Below, one piece after another: positions 50,795 to 59,636 of a DNA stretch of 64,000 bases (the first letter of the stretch is position 1; every line of letters begins with the position of its first letter). The notes under the pieces are model-generated. The model made no database searches. It worked only from the letters and a program-made list of their open reading frames with translations, and had not been told where the DNA came from. Source of the DNA: Halorarum halobium (GTDB lineage Archaea > Halobacteriota > Halobacteria > Halobacteriales > Haloferacaceae); assembly GCF_032116555.1 (NCBI RefSeq), contig NZ_CP134951.1:1-64000 (forward strand), written 5' to 3'. Position numbers and translations under genes: made by a program.

Positions 50795-51826
50795 TCACGT
50801 GGCGGCCGCGTCCGTGACCAGGTCGACGATGTGGGCCGTCACGTCGACCTTCTCGTCCAGCAGTTTCCGCCGCCGCCGCTCCCAGCGCTCGCCCGCCTCG
50901 GGGTCGTCGGCGAGTTCGAGGACCGTTTCGACGAACGCGGCGCTCTCCCGGCAGGTCGTGATGAGCCCGTGCTCGTGGAGTTCGCGGAAGTTGCCGAACT
51001 CCTCGTCGTAGGGGTTCAGCCGGACGCTCGGCGTGGCGAGCAGCGCAGCTTCGGTCGCCATCGTCCCGGAGTCTCCCGCGTACAGGTCCGCGTGGGCCAG
51101 TAGCTGGTGGAGGTCCTCGGGCGGCACGGGAAGCTCGCGGTCCGCCAGGTCCGGCGGGAGCGCTCCCTCGCTCGACACGTACACCGGCATGCGGTCCTCG
51201 ACGCGCTCGATCAGGGACCGCTTCTCGTCGGTCGAGAGGCTCCGGTGGCCGGCGTCGTGGTGGGCGTCCATGGCGACGAACCGAAAGACCGCGTACGGCT
51301 GGTCGGGGTCGACGCCCGCCTCGCGGAGCACGTCGGGGTCGCGCTCGAACCGGTCCGGGTGGAGGTACGCGAGTTCGTGGAACCCGTCGTACCGGCGCTG
51401 GGTCGCGCCCAGGTCGCGCTCGAACCGGGCCGGCGTGCAGACGACGCTGGCGAAGGGGATCGTGACACGGTCGACCAGCCGGGTCTGTTCGGTGTCGTTG
51501 AAGACGACGTTGGGGACGCCGAGCAGCCACGAGACGTGCGCGGCCGCCGGGTTGAGCATGCTGACGACCACGTCGGGGTCGAACCGACGGGCGAGCCGCA
51601 GGAGTCGAACCTCCCGTGCCATCCACTCGCCGACCAGCCCCGGGCCGCCCCCGCCGCGCTCGGACAGCGGCGTGTGCTCGAACCCCTCCGCGTCGAGCAG
51701 ATCCGTCGTGACGTCCTTGACGCGCGAGGCGATGTGGATCTCGTGGCCCGCCGCCGAGAGCTCCTCGGCCGCGTGTTTGAACAGGTGGACGTGCGCCGGG
51801 TGGTTCACGTCGAACAGCGCGCGCAT
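50795..51826 (-). CDS. DUF354 family protein (GT-B/UDP-GlcNAc 2-epimerase-like fold)
   Basis: HPAHVHLFK, FNDTE, HELAYLHP, A.HD.G, GDSGTMATEAALL.TP. Confidence 0.85.
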   Translation of the reverse strand: MRALFDVNHPAHVHLFKHAAEELSAAGHEIHIASRVKDVTTDLLDAEGFEHTPLSERGGGGPGLVGEWMAREVRLLRLARRFDPDVVVSMLNPAAAHVSWLLGVPNVVFNDTEQTRLVDRVTIPFASVVCTPARFERDLGATQRRYDGFHELAYLHPDRFERDPDVLREAGVDPDQPYAVFRFVAMDAHHDAGHRSLSTDEKRSLIERVEDRMPVYVSSEGALPPDLADRELPVPPEDLHQLLAHADLYAGDSGTMATEAALLATPSVRLNPYDEEFGNFRELHEHGLITTCRESAAFVETVLELADDPEAGERWERRRRKLLDEKVDVTAHIVDLVTDAAAT

Positions 51827-51914
51827 CAGTCCACCCGCGGGTGGACGGGACGCGGCTGATCGCCCGGCGTCAGGCCGGCAGCGCGCGCCCGGCGGCCGCC
51901 GCGCGTCCGCGCCG

Positions 51915-53351
51915 TCACCGCCAGCCCCTCCCCACCGTGTAGTGGGGGTGGTCGGCGCCGCCGAGGTCGACGCTGTCCCGGCCGTCGACGACCACCGTGG
52001 GCTCGTCGAACGCCGTCCAGTCGACCGCGTCGAACTCGTCGTGGGCGGTGACGACGACCACGGCGTCGACGTCACGGTCGTACATCTCCTCCAGCGGCAC
52101 CGTCTCGGCGTCGAACCCGTCGGCGTCGACGAGCGGGTCCGCGCCGAACACGGTCGCGCCGTGCTCGGAGAGCGTCGAGCAGACGCCCAGCGCCGGGCTG
52201 GCGCGCGTCTCCTTCACGCCCGCCCGGTAGGTGAGTCCGAGGACGAGCACGCGCGCGTCCGCCAGCGGACCACCGGCCGCGTGCGGGCCGTCGTCCGGGT
52301 GCGAGTCCCCGTTCGCGCGCGGCTCCCCGTCGGCGGGGACGACCCCGCCCGCCCGGAGTCCCTCCGCGACCTTCGCGGCGACGAAGCCGGGCATCGCGTC
52401 GTTCACCTCGCGCGCGGTCTCCAGGAACGGCGCTGGCGACTCCAGCCAGTTGATGAGGAAGTACGGGTAGTACGGGATGCAGTGGCCGCCCACGCCCGGG
52501 CCGGGCGTGTGGATGTCACAGAACGGCTGGGTGTTCGCGGTGTCGATGGCCTCCCGGACGTCGATCCCAAGCTCGTCGGTGAGCCGGCCGAGCTCGTTCG
52601 CCAGGGCGATGTTCGCGTCGCGGTACAGCCCCTCGAACACCTTCACCGCCTCGGCGGTGGTCGCGTCCGACACCGGCAGCACGTCGTTGTCCACGAGCGC
52701 CTCGTAGACGACGCGCGCGCTCCGGGTGCTCTCGTCGTCGACGCCGCCGACGACCTTCGGGTGCGCGCCGCGGACGTCCCGGAGCGCGCGCCCGCTGGAG
52801 GTCCGTTCGGGACAGAACGCCAGGCCGAACTCCCCGCGCCGGAGGCCGCTTTGCTCCTCCAGCAGCGGGAGCACGACGTCGCGGCAGGTCCCCGGCGGGA
52901 CGGTGGATTCGACGACCACGAGGTCGCCCGGGTACAGCCCCTCGGCGACGCCCTCGACGGCCGCCTCAAGCGTCGAGAGGTCCGGCTCCTTCGTCTCGGT
53001 GACGAGCGTCGGCACGATGAGGACGTGGACGCTCGCGTCGCGGGCGGCCGTGGCCGGGTCGCTCGTCGCCGTCAGCGAGCCGTCGGCCGAGACGTCGGCG
53101 ACCGCCTCGGGCAGTCCGGGCTCGCGTTCGACGTGGCTCTCGCCGGCGTTGATCGACGCCACCACGTCCGGGTCGACGTCGACGCCGGTGACGTTGCCGC
53201 ACGTCTCGGCGTAGACGGTCGCCAGCGGGAGCCCCATCTTGCCGAGGCCGTAGACGGCCACCGGCACCTCGCCGTTCACGAACGCCGCCCGCCTGGCCTC
53301 GTCGTCGAGGTCGGAGCCGTACAGCGACCGGATCCCGGATCGGGTCGTCAC
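51915..53351 (-). CDS. UDP-sugar (UDP-GlcNAc-type) 6-dehydrogenase, WbpA-like
   Basis: GLGKMG, VPT, ESTVPPGT, CPER..G, AE.VK..E..YRD.NIA.ANE, PGPGVGGHCIP; GTG overlaps the upstream stop. Confidence 0.9.
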   Translation of the reverse strand: MTTRSGIRSLYGSDLDDEARRAAFVNGEVPVAVYGLGKMGLPLATVYAETCGNVTGVDVDPDVVASINAGESHVEREPGLPEAVADVSADGSLTATSDPATAARDASVHVLIVPTLVTETKEPDLSTLEAAVEGVAEGLYPGDLVVVESTVPPGTCRDVVLPLLEEQSGLRRGEFGLAFCPERTSSGRALRDVRGAHPKVVGGVDDESTRSARVVYEALVDNDVLPVSDATTAEAVKVFEGLYRDANIALANELGRLTDELGIDVREAIDTANTQPFCDIHTPGPGVGGHCIPYYPYFLINWLESPAPFLETAREVNDAMPGFVAAKVAEGLRAGGVVPADGEPRANGDSHPDDGPHAAGGPLADARVLVLGLTYRAGVKETRASPALGVCSTLSEHGATVFGADPLVDADGFDAETVPLEEMYDRDVDAVVVVTAHDEFDAVDWTAFDEPTVVVDGRDSVDLGGADHPHYTVGRGWR

Positions 53352-54331
53352 GTCGGCACCTCCGTCTCCGCCCCCGGCCGCTCCCGACCGGCGGCGATGT
53401 CGTCGATGGTCCGGGCCACCTCCACGGCGCGGAGGCCGTCCTCGGCGGTGACCACCGGCTCCGCCCCGTCGCGCGCGGCGGCGACGAACGACTCCAGTTC
53501 GGCCTTCAGCGGTTCGCCGTTCTCGACGATGGGCCGCTCGACGACGCTCTCGACGCGCTCGCGCACCGCGCCGTCGTTCTCGATGTACGCCGGGGCGGTG
53601 TGTCGGTGGATCTCGACGGACTGGTTCATGTAGTCCACGCGGACCCGGCACTCGCGGGCGGTGATCCCCAGCTTCCGCACCTTCCGCTGGGTGACGCGGC
53701 TCGCCGTGAGGTCGGCGACGACGCCGTCGTCGAACCGGCAGGTCGCGGTGGCGTAGCGGTTGCCGGCCGCGCCCGCCGCGTCCACCGCGACGGGTGCCTT
53801 CCCGAGCAGCGAGCAGACCACGTCGATGTCGTGGATCATCAGGTCGAAGACGGCCGAGTCCGCGACCTCCCGCTCGCGCGGCGGGCCGAGCCGCTGGGCG
53901 TCGAGCGCGAGCACCTCGACGTTCGGGACGATGTCCGCGAGCGCCCGCACCGCGGGGTTGAACCGCTCGATGTGGCCGACTTGGAGGACCAGGTCCTCGG
54001 CCCGCGCCCGCTCGGCGAGTTCTCGCCCCCGCGGGAGGTCCTCGACGTACGGCTTCTCGACGAGCGCGTGGGTGCCAGCGTCGAGACACCGCTCTAGCAT
54101 CGAGGGGTGTGCCGCAGTCGGGACCGCGACCGAGACGAGGTCCGCCCGCGAGAGCAGGTCCCCCGCCTCCCGCGCGACCGTGCCGTAGTCGCGGGCGACC
54201 GTCCGGGCGGCCTCGGCGTCGAGGTCGGCGACGCCGACGAGTTCCGCGTTCGGGAGCTCGCTGTACACCCGGGCGTGGTTGCGCCCCATGCTGCCGACGC
54301 CGACGACGCCGGCCGAAAGCGTCTCGCTCAT
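53348..54331 (-). CDS. Gfo/Idh/MocA oxidoreductase, WbpB-like
   Basis: GVGSMG..H, VEKP, VGHIERFNP, DLMIHDID. Confidence 0.9.
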   Translation of the reverse strand: MSETLSAGVVGVGSMGRNHARVYSELPNAELVGVADLDAEAARTVARDYGTVAREAGDLLSRADLVSVAVPTAAHPSMLERCLDAGTHALVEKPYVEDLPRGRELAERARAEDLVLQVGHIERFNPAVRALADIVPNVEVLALDAQRLGPPREREVADSAVFDLMIHDIDVVCSLLGKAPVAVDAAGAAGNRYATATCRFDDGVVADLTASRVTQRKVRKLGITARECRVRVDYMNQSVEIHRHTAPAYIENDGAVRERVESVVERPIVENGEPLKAELESFVAAARDGAEPVVTAEDGLRAVEVARTIDDIAAGRERPGAETEVPT

Positions 54332-55449
54332 GCGCTCCGGCGGCCTCGATCGGCCGCCAGTTCCGGGGAGTCTCCGGTCGTGTACGATTCGACGGCCGCA
54401 CAGATCCGTCGGAGGTCGTCGGTCGAGAGCGACGGATGGACCGGCAGCGAGAGCACCTGTTCGGCGGCGCGCTCGGCGACCGGGCAGTCGGCGTCGAAGC
54501 CCTCGTAGGCCGGCTGCTCGTGGATGGGAACCGGGTAGTAGATGCCCGATCCGACGCCCGCGTCGGCCAGGTGCTCGCGGAGCCCGTCGCGGTCGTCGTG
54601 TCTGACCGTGTACTGGTGGTAGACGTGGCGCGACCCCGGCGGCTCGTTCGGCGTGATGACGCCCGCGTCCGAGAGCCGCTTCGTGAGGTAGGCGGCGTGT
54701 CCGCGCCGGGCGATGGTGTGGTCCGTGAGCTTCGGGAGCTGTGCCCGCCCGATGGCCGCACAGAGGCTCGTCATCCGGAAGTTGTGGCCGACCTCGCCGT
54801 GTTCGTACCCGGAGATCCGGCCGTGGTCCGCGAAGCGGGCGACCCGCTCTGCCAGCTCCGCGCGGTCGGTCGTCACCATCCCGCCCTCCCCCGTCGTCAT
54901 GTTCTTCGTCGGGTAGAAGGAAAAGCAGGCGGCGTCGCCGAACGAGCCGACGCGCCGGCGGTCGAACTCCGCGCCGTGGGCCTGCGCGGCGTCCTCGACG
55001 AGCGCCAGGTCGTGCTCGTCGGCGATCTCGCGCAGGTGGTCCATCGCGGCCGGCAGGCCGTAGAGGTGGACCGCGAGGATCGCTTCCACGTCGTCGCGCT
55101 CGCGGACGACCGCCTCCACCTCGCGCGGGTCGAGCGTGAACGTCGAGGGGTGGACGTCCGCGAAGACGGGTTCGGCGCCCGCGAGGCGGACGGCGTTCGC
55201 GCTGGCGACGAACGAGAACGGCGTCGTGACGACCGCGTCGCCCTCGCCGATCCCGAGCGCCTCGAACGTGGCGTGGAGCGCGGTCGTCCCGTTCGTCGTG
55301 GCGACGCCGTGGGCCGCCCCACAGAACTCGGAGAACTCGTCCTCGAAGCGCCGGACCTCCTCGCCGTCGGCGAGCTGGCCGCTCTCGAGGACGCGCTGGA
55401 CGCCCTCGCTCTCGGCGTCGCCGATCCGGGGGTTCGCGATGGGGATCAT
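54328..55449 (-). CDS. DegT/DnrJ/EryC1 aminotransferase, WbpE-like
   Basis: NGTTAL, VHLYG, EDAAQAHG, SFYPTKN..TGEGG, G.NFR. Confidence 0.93.
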   Translation of the reverse strand: MIPIANPRIGDAESEGVQRVLESGQLADGEEVRRFEDEFSEFCGAAHGVATTNGTTALHATFEALGIGEGDAVVTTPFSFVASANAVRLAGAEPVFADVHPSTFTLDPREVEAVVRERDDVEAILAVHLYGLPAAMDHLREIADEHDLALVEDAAQAHGAEFDRRRVGSFGDAACFSFYPTKNMTTGEGGMVTTDRAELAERVARFADHGRISGYEHGEVGHNFRMTSLCAAIGRAQLPKLTDHTIARRGHAAYLTKRLSDAGVITPNEPPGSRHVYHQYTVRHDDRDGLREHLADAGVGSGIYYPVPIHEQPAYEGFDADCPVAERAAEQVLSLPVHPSLSTDDLRRICAAVESYTTGDSPELAADRGRRSA

Positions 55450-56021
55450 CGCTCCGTGTTCCCCCCCTGGAGCCGCTCGGGCAGCGGCTGGTGTTCGGCG
55501 GGCGAGCCGACCGCGAGGGTGTCCGCGGGCACGTCCTCGGTGACGACCGCGCCCGCGGCGACGAACGCGCGCTCCCCGACGGTGACGCCCGGGAGCACGG
55601 TCGCGTTCGCGCCGACGGTCGCGTCGTCCTCGAGGGTCGGCCCCTCCAGTTCGACCTCCTGGCGCAGCGGGTAGTCGTCGTTCGTGAGGATCGCGCCCGG
55701 GCCGACGAACACCCGGTCGCCGACGGTGGTGTTCGTCGGGAGGTACGCGGCGGTCTGGATGCTCACCTCGTCGCCGACGGTCGAGCCCCCGTCGATGACC
55801 GCGCGGGTGCCGACGAGCACGTCGTCGCCGACGACGGTGTCCTCGCGCACCAGCGCGTCGTGGCCGGTCGTGAACCCCTCGCCGATCTCGACGTCGCCGT
55901 ACACGACGGTGCCGCGCCGGATCGTCGCGCCCGGCCCGATGGTAGGCGTCGAGCCGTCCGGGTCGCCGAGCGTGACGTTCGGGTGGACCTCGGCCCCGTC
56001 GCCGAGCGTCGCGTTCGTCAC
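55446..56021 (-). CDS. Hexapeptide-repeat N-acetyltransferase, WbpD-like
   Basis: TTGH, FVGP...TND.YP, GANATVLPGV.VG..A.V.AGAVVT.DVP; GTG start after GGAGG. Confidence 0.9.
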   Translation of the reverse strand: MTNATLGDGAEVHPNVTLGDPDGSTPTIGPGATIRRGTVVYGDVEIGEGFTTGHDALVREDTVVGDDVLVGTRAVIDGGSTVGDEVSIQTAAYLPTNTTVGDRVFVGPGAILTNDDYPLRQEVELEGPTLEDDATVGANATVLPGVTVGERAFVAAGAVVTEDVPADTLAVGSPAEHQPLPERLQGGNTER

Positions 56022-56399
56022 TGGCGGCCTCCGTCCGGCCCGGGCGTCCGGGCCGGCTGGCCGCTCCTCCGTCCGGTTCGTCGGGTCTGTGTGTGTGTCC
56101 GAGACATGGATGCGGACTGCACGGTCGCTCCCGGCAGTATCGGGTCTTGACCGGCATCGGACCATTGTTATGTGCGCCTTTTGTCGGGTTAACAGCCGGC
56201 TGTCGCGTCGCTCTCACGCGATTCGGCCGCCTACCCGCGAGGCGAAACCCGCATTGACGGCCGCGAGCGACGCCGGAACGGGCGATGCTGGCTGCTCGCC
56301 CGCGACGGTAGACCCTGTCTCACGGTCCGCTGACGGTCCCATGCGCGCCCCGCCGTTTTCACCGGCCATCCGACACGTTCGCCACCCGGCTCGACGCCG

Positions 56400-57752
56400 T
56401 CACTTGCAGCCGGCGTTCGGGAGCCGGTCGCCGCCGGCCGTGAGCCGGTCGACCGACACGTCGCTGATGTCGATGTTCGAGTTCCGGAACTGGTAGGGCG
56501 CGTTCGTCACCGCCAGATACGTGTCGCTGATCGAGCCGTTCACCCTGATCGCCTGGACGCCGCCGCGCTCGGTGCCGGGCTGGTGGACACAGAGCCCGCT
56601 GAACCGGCAGTCGTCCCGGTGGCTCGCGTAGATCGCCGACCCCGTCGCCGCCTCCCCGGTGATGACGACGTCCTCGATGTGGAACGAGCCGCGCCGGGCG
56701 AAGACGACGTCGGTCGGGCTCTTGATCCGGATCGCGTTGACGCCGTCCGCGTCGACGCGGATCCGGGTGTCCCGCATCGTCGCCGACTCCTGTTCGGACG
56801 CGAACGTCACCGCCCCGTCGCTGGAGGTCACGTCCAGCATCTCGACGAGACACTTGTCGATCAGGACGTCGCGGCCGCCGCGCAGCCGGATGCCGCGCAT
56901 GTTCTCGAAGCCGTCGGGCGAGTCGTCACAGCGGACGTGGACGCCGCGGACGACGCTCCCCGGCCCGGCGTTCACGCGGACGCTCGCCACGCCGTTGTTC
57001 GCGTAGTAGCCGCCGAGCACGCGAACTCGTCCCTCCGGGGGGTTCGCGTAGAGGCCGTTGTCCGGGAACCCCTCGATACGGCAGTCGACGAACGAGACGT
57101 CCCCGCGCGTGTCGTCGCCGACCTCACACCCGGTGTTCGACCACTCGCCCACGGACCCGTCGGGCATCCGGAGCCGCTCGACGAGCCCCGTCCCGTCCGG
57201 GCTGGCGACGTCGACGCGGACCCCGTCGCTCTCCACGTCCTGCCTCCCGGTGACCGTGACGTCCCGCAGGACCAGTTTGTCGTCCACGCGCGCGGCGATC
57301 GGCCGTCCGCCCGTGTCCGGCTCCCGGAAGTCGAACTCCAGCCCCGAGACCAGCAGCTGGGACGCGCTCCCGGGGTCGCCGAGCCTGAACAGCGGCTTCC
57401 GGAACCCCTTCGGCGGGACGACGGTCGCGTTGTCGGCGACGAGCCCGAACTTGGAGAACGAGGAGAACGCCCAACTGTCGGCCAGCCGGTAGCGCCCCGG
57501 CGGGAGGTACAGCATCCGGCCGTCGCCGGCCACCGCCTCGAGAACGCCGCCGAGTTCGCGGTCGGCGAGCGGCCCCTCGACCTCGGCTTCGAGGTCGACG
57601 AACTCGTCGAACCCCCAGGCGTCGGCGATCGCGTCTAGCTGCGGGTTTCCGCCGGGCGTCGCCGCGGGCCACTCCCCGGGAACCGCCTCCCCACACCCCG
57701 CGAGTCCGGCGGTCACGCCCGCGGCCGCGGTCAGTAGCGTCCGCCGTTTCAT
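56400..57752 (-). CDS. Tat lipoprotein with right-handed beta-helix (pectin-lyase-like) domain
   Basis: MKRRTLL, LAGC lipobox, LYLPPGRY, GFPDNGLY, YANNGVA.VR. Confidence 0.8.
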   Translation of the reverse strand: MKRRTLLTAAAGVTAGLAGCGEAVPGEWPAATPGGNPQLDAIADAWGFDEFVDLEAEVEGPLADRELGGVLEAVAGDGRMLYLPPGRYRLADSWAFSSFSKFGLVADNATVVPPKGFRKPLFRLGDPGSASQLLVSGLEFDFREPDTGGRPIAARVDDKLVLRDVTVTGRQDVESDGVRVDVASPDGTGLVERLRMPDGSVGEWSNTGCEVGDDTRGDVSFVDCRIEGFPDNGLYANPPEGRVRVLGGYYANNGVASVRVNAGPGSVVRGVHVRCDDSPDGFENMRGIRLRGGRDVLIDKCLVEMLDVTSSDGAVTFASEQESATMRDTRIRVDADGVNAIRIKSPTDVVFARRGSFHIEDVVITGEAATGSAIYASHRDDCRFSGLCVHQPGTERGGVQAIRVNGSISDTYLAVTNAPYQFRNSNIDISDVSVDRLTAGGDRLPNAGCK

Positions 57753-57813
57753 ACGGGTGTCACGACGCTCACGTCGGTTTGTTATGACGGTCGTGTGAGC
57801 CGGTAGACCGCCC

Positions 57814-58752
57814 TTACGCGGACTGGACGGCGTCCGTGTCGGCCAGCGCCTCGTAGCGCTCTCCGGGCGGGCCGATCCACGCGCCGAGCTCCCTCGCGTA
57901 CTCGATCAGCCGCCGGTAGAGCAGCCGCTGGTTCGGGTACTCGCGGTCGTTGAACTTGTTCGGGTGCCACAGCACGGTCATCACCGCGCCGTTCTCGGCG
58001 GCCTCCTCGAGCACCCGCTCACAGCCCGCCCACGCCGCCGCGAGCTCGTGTTCCGGGTCCGGCAGCGCGTTCTCCATGATCGTCAGCGGGAACACCACGA
58101 ACTCGTCGTCGAACGGCCGTCGAACGCCGTAGCCGTTCTCGAACCCGTACGTCGTACTCGACCCGAGCGAGGCGTCGTACGCCAGGCCGACGTCGGCCTG
58201 TCGCTCCCACGTCTCGGGCACCTCCAGGTTGAGGTAGTGCTGTCTCCCGCCGCGGACCTCGTGGCCGAGGACGCGTTCGAGCGCCGCCTTCTCGCGTCCG
58301 AGGCGGTCGCGGTCCGTGTAGGACTCGTAGGAGCCGTGGAGCCCGACCTCCCACCCGCGGTCGTCCAGTTTCCGGATCACGTCCACGATGTCGGGGTCCT
58401 CGAGCGAGTAGCGGCCGGCGTAGAGCTGCCAGCTCTTCGGGCTGAGCCACTCGCGGGGCGGCCTGTCGCGCAGGAGGTCCTGCTCGTTCAGGAAGTAGAA
58501 CGCCGACCTGACGCCCAGTTCCTCCTCCAGGGCCATCACCTCCTCGAACTGCCAGTACGGGTTGACGTCCGGGAGCAGCGTCCGAAGGTGGTAGGGGTCG
58601 CGTTCGGTCACCGCGTAGTACAGCGACTGGTACGTCTTGTACGGCCGGTCGACGTCGTGGGTCAGACACAGCGAGAACGAGTGCCCCTCGGGCACGCCGG
58701 CCCGTTCACCCATCCCGTCCGAACCGGCTCGTGTCGCTGGCCGGTCGTTCAC
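57814..58752 (-). CDS. Polysaccharide deacetylase family protein
   Basis: LTHDVD, WEVGLHGS, GGRQHYL, YDASLG, PLTIME, LWHP; start may be ATG 58713. Confidence 0.88.
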   Translation of the reverse strand: MNDRPATRAGSDGMGERAGVPEGHSFSLCLTHDVDRPYKTYQSLYYAVTERDPYHLRTLLPDVNPYWQFEEVMALEEELGVRSAFYFLNEQDLLRDRPPREWLSPKSWQLYAGRYSLEDPDIVDVIRKLDDRGWEVGLHGSYESYTDRDRLGREKAALERVLGHEVRGGRQHYLNLEVPETWERQADVGLAYDASLGSSTTYGFENGYGVRRPFDDEFVVFPLTIMENALPDPEHELAAAWAGCERVLEEAAENGAVMTVLWHPNKFNDREYPNQRLLYRRLIEYARELGAWIGPPGERYEALADTDAVQSA

Positions 58753-59015
58753 CTCGCGTCCTCCGTCGCCCGATTCCGCGTCCTCGGGTCATGTCGTCCA
58801 CCGTGGACGTTCGACCCGTCGCCTCCATAGTTATGGACCGCCTGCGGGTCGGGACGGACGAGGACGCGCCTCCCGACGCGGTTCCGGTCGTGAACCGAAC
58901 GGGTCGAGCGCCTGGCGGACTCGGGCGAGTTCCGGGACCGGACCGCTCCGGGCGTCCGGCGGCCGGGGGTATGGAACCCATAACAAATAAACGAGGTTCG
59001 GTACTCCGGGTCGAA

Positions 59016-59636
59016 ATGGACGTTGCTGTCCTCAGTCCGCACACGGACGACAGCGAGCTGTCCGCGGGCGGGACGATCAACCGGCTGCAACGGGACGGCC
59101 ACGACATCCACTACGTCGCCTTCTCCACCTGTGACGAGTCGCTCCCCGCGGGGAAACAGGGGGTGCTCCGCCGCGAGTTCGAGAGCGTCATGGAGTTCGT
59201 CGACCCGACCGAGTACTACGTCTTCGACTACGTGGTCCGGCGGTTCAACGAGCGCCGGCAGGACATCCTCGAGGACCTGGTCGCGCTCCGCGAGGAGCTC
59301 GATCCGGACCTCATCATCGGCCCCTCGACGAGCGACCACCACCAGGACCACACGGTCGTCGCAAAGGAGATGATCCGGGCGTTCAAGAGCGGGCCCAGCA
59401 TCATCGCGTACGAGCAGCCCTGGAACACGACGTCGTTCGACACCGACCTGTTCTCCCCGCTCACGGCGGCGGATCTGGACTCGAAGCTGACACAGCTCTC
59501 CCAGTACGACAGCCAGATCGAGAAGGGCCGGCCGTACTTCGAGGAGGAGTTCATCAGGGGGCTGGCCCGGGTCCGCGGGCTCCAGGGGAACGCGCGCTAC
59601 GCCGAGGCGTTCGAAGTGGTCAGGTGGTTGCTGTGA
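59016..59636 (+). CDS. PIG-L/LmbE family deacetylase
   Basis: SPHTDD.EL..GG, HHQDH, Y.SQ, AEAFE. Confidence 0.88.
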   Translation: MDVAVLSPHTDDSELSAGGTINRLQRDGHDIHYVAFSTCDESLPAGKQGVLRREFESVMEFVDPTEYYVFDYVVRRFNERRQDILEDLVALREELDPDLIIGPSTSDHHQDHTVVAKEMIRAFKSGPSIIAYEQPWNTTSFDTDLFSPLTAADLDSKLTQLSQYDSQIEKGRPYFEEEFIRGLARVRGLQGNARYAEAFEVVRWLL

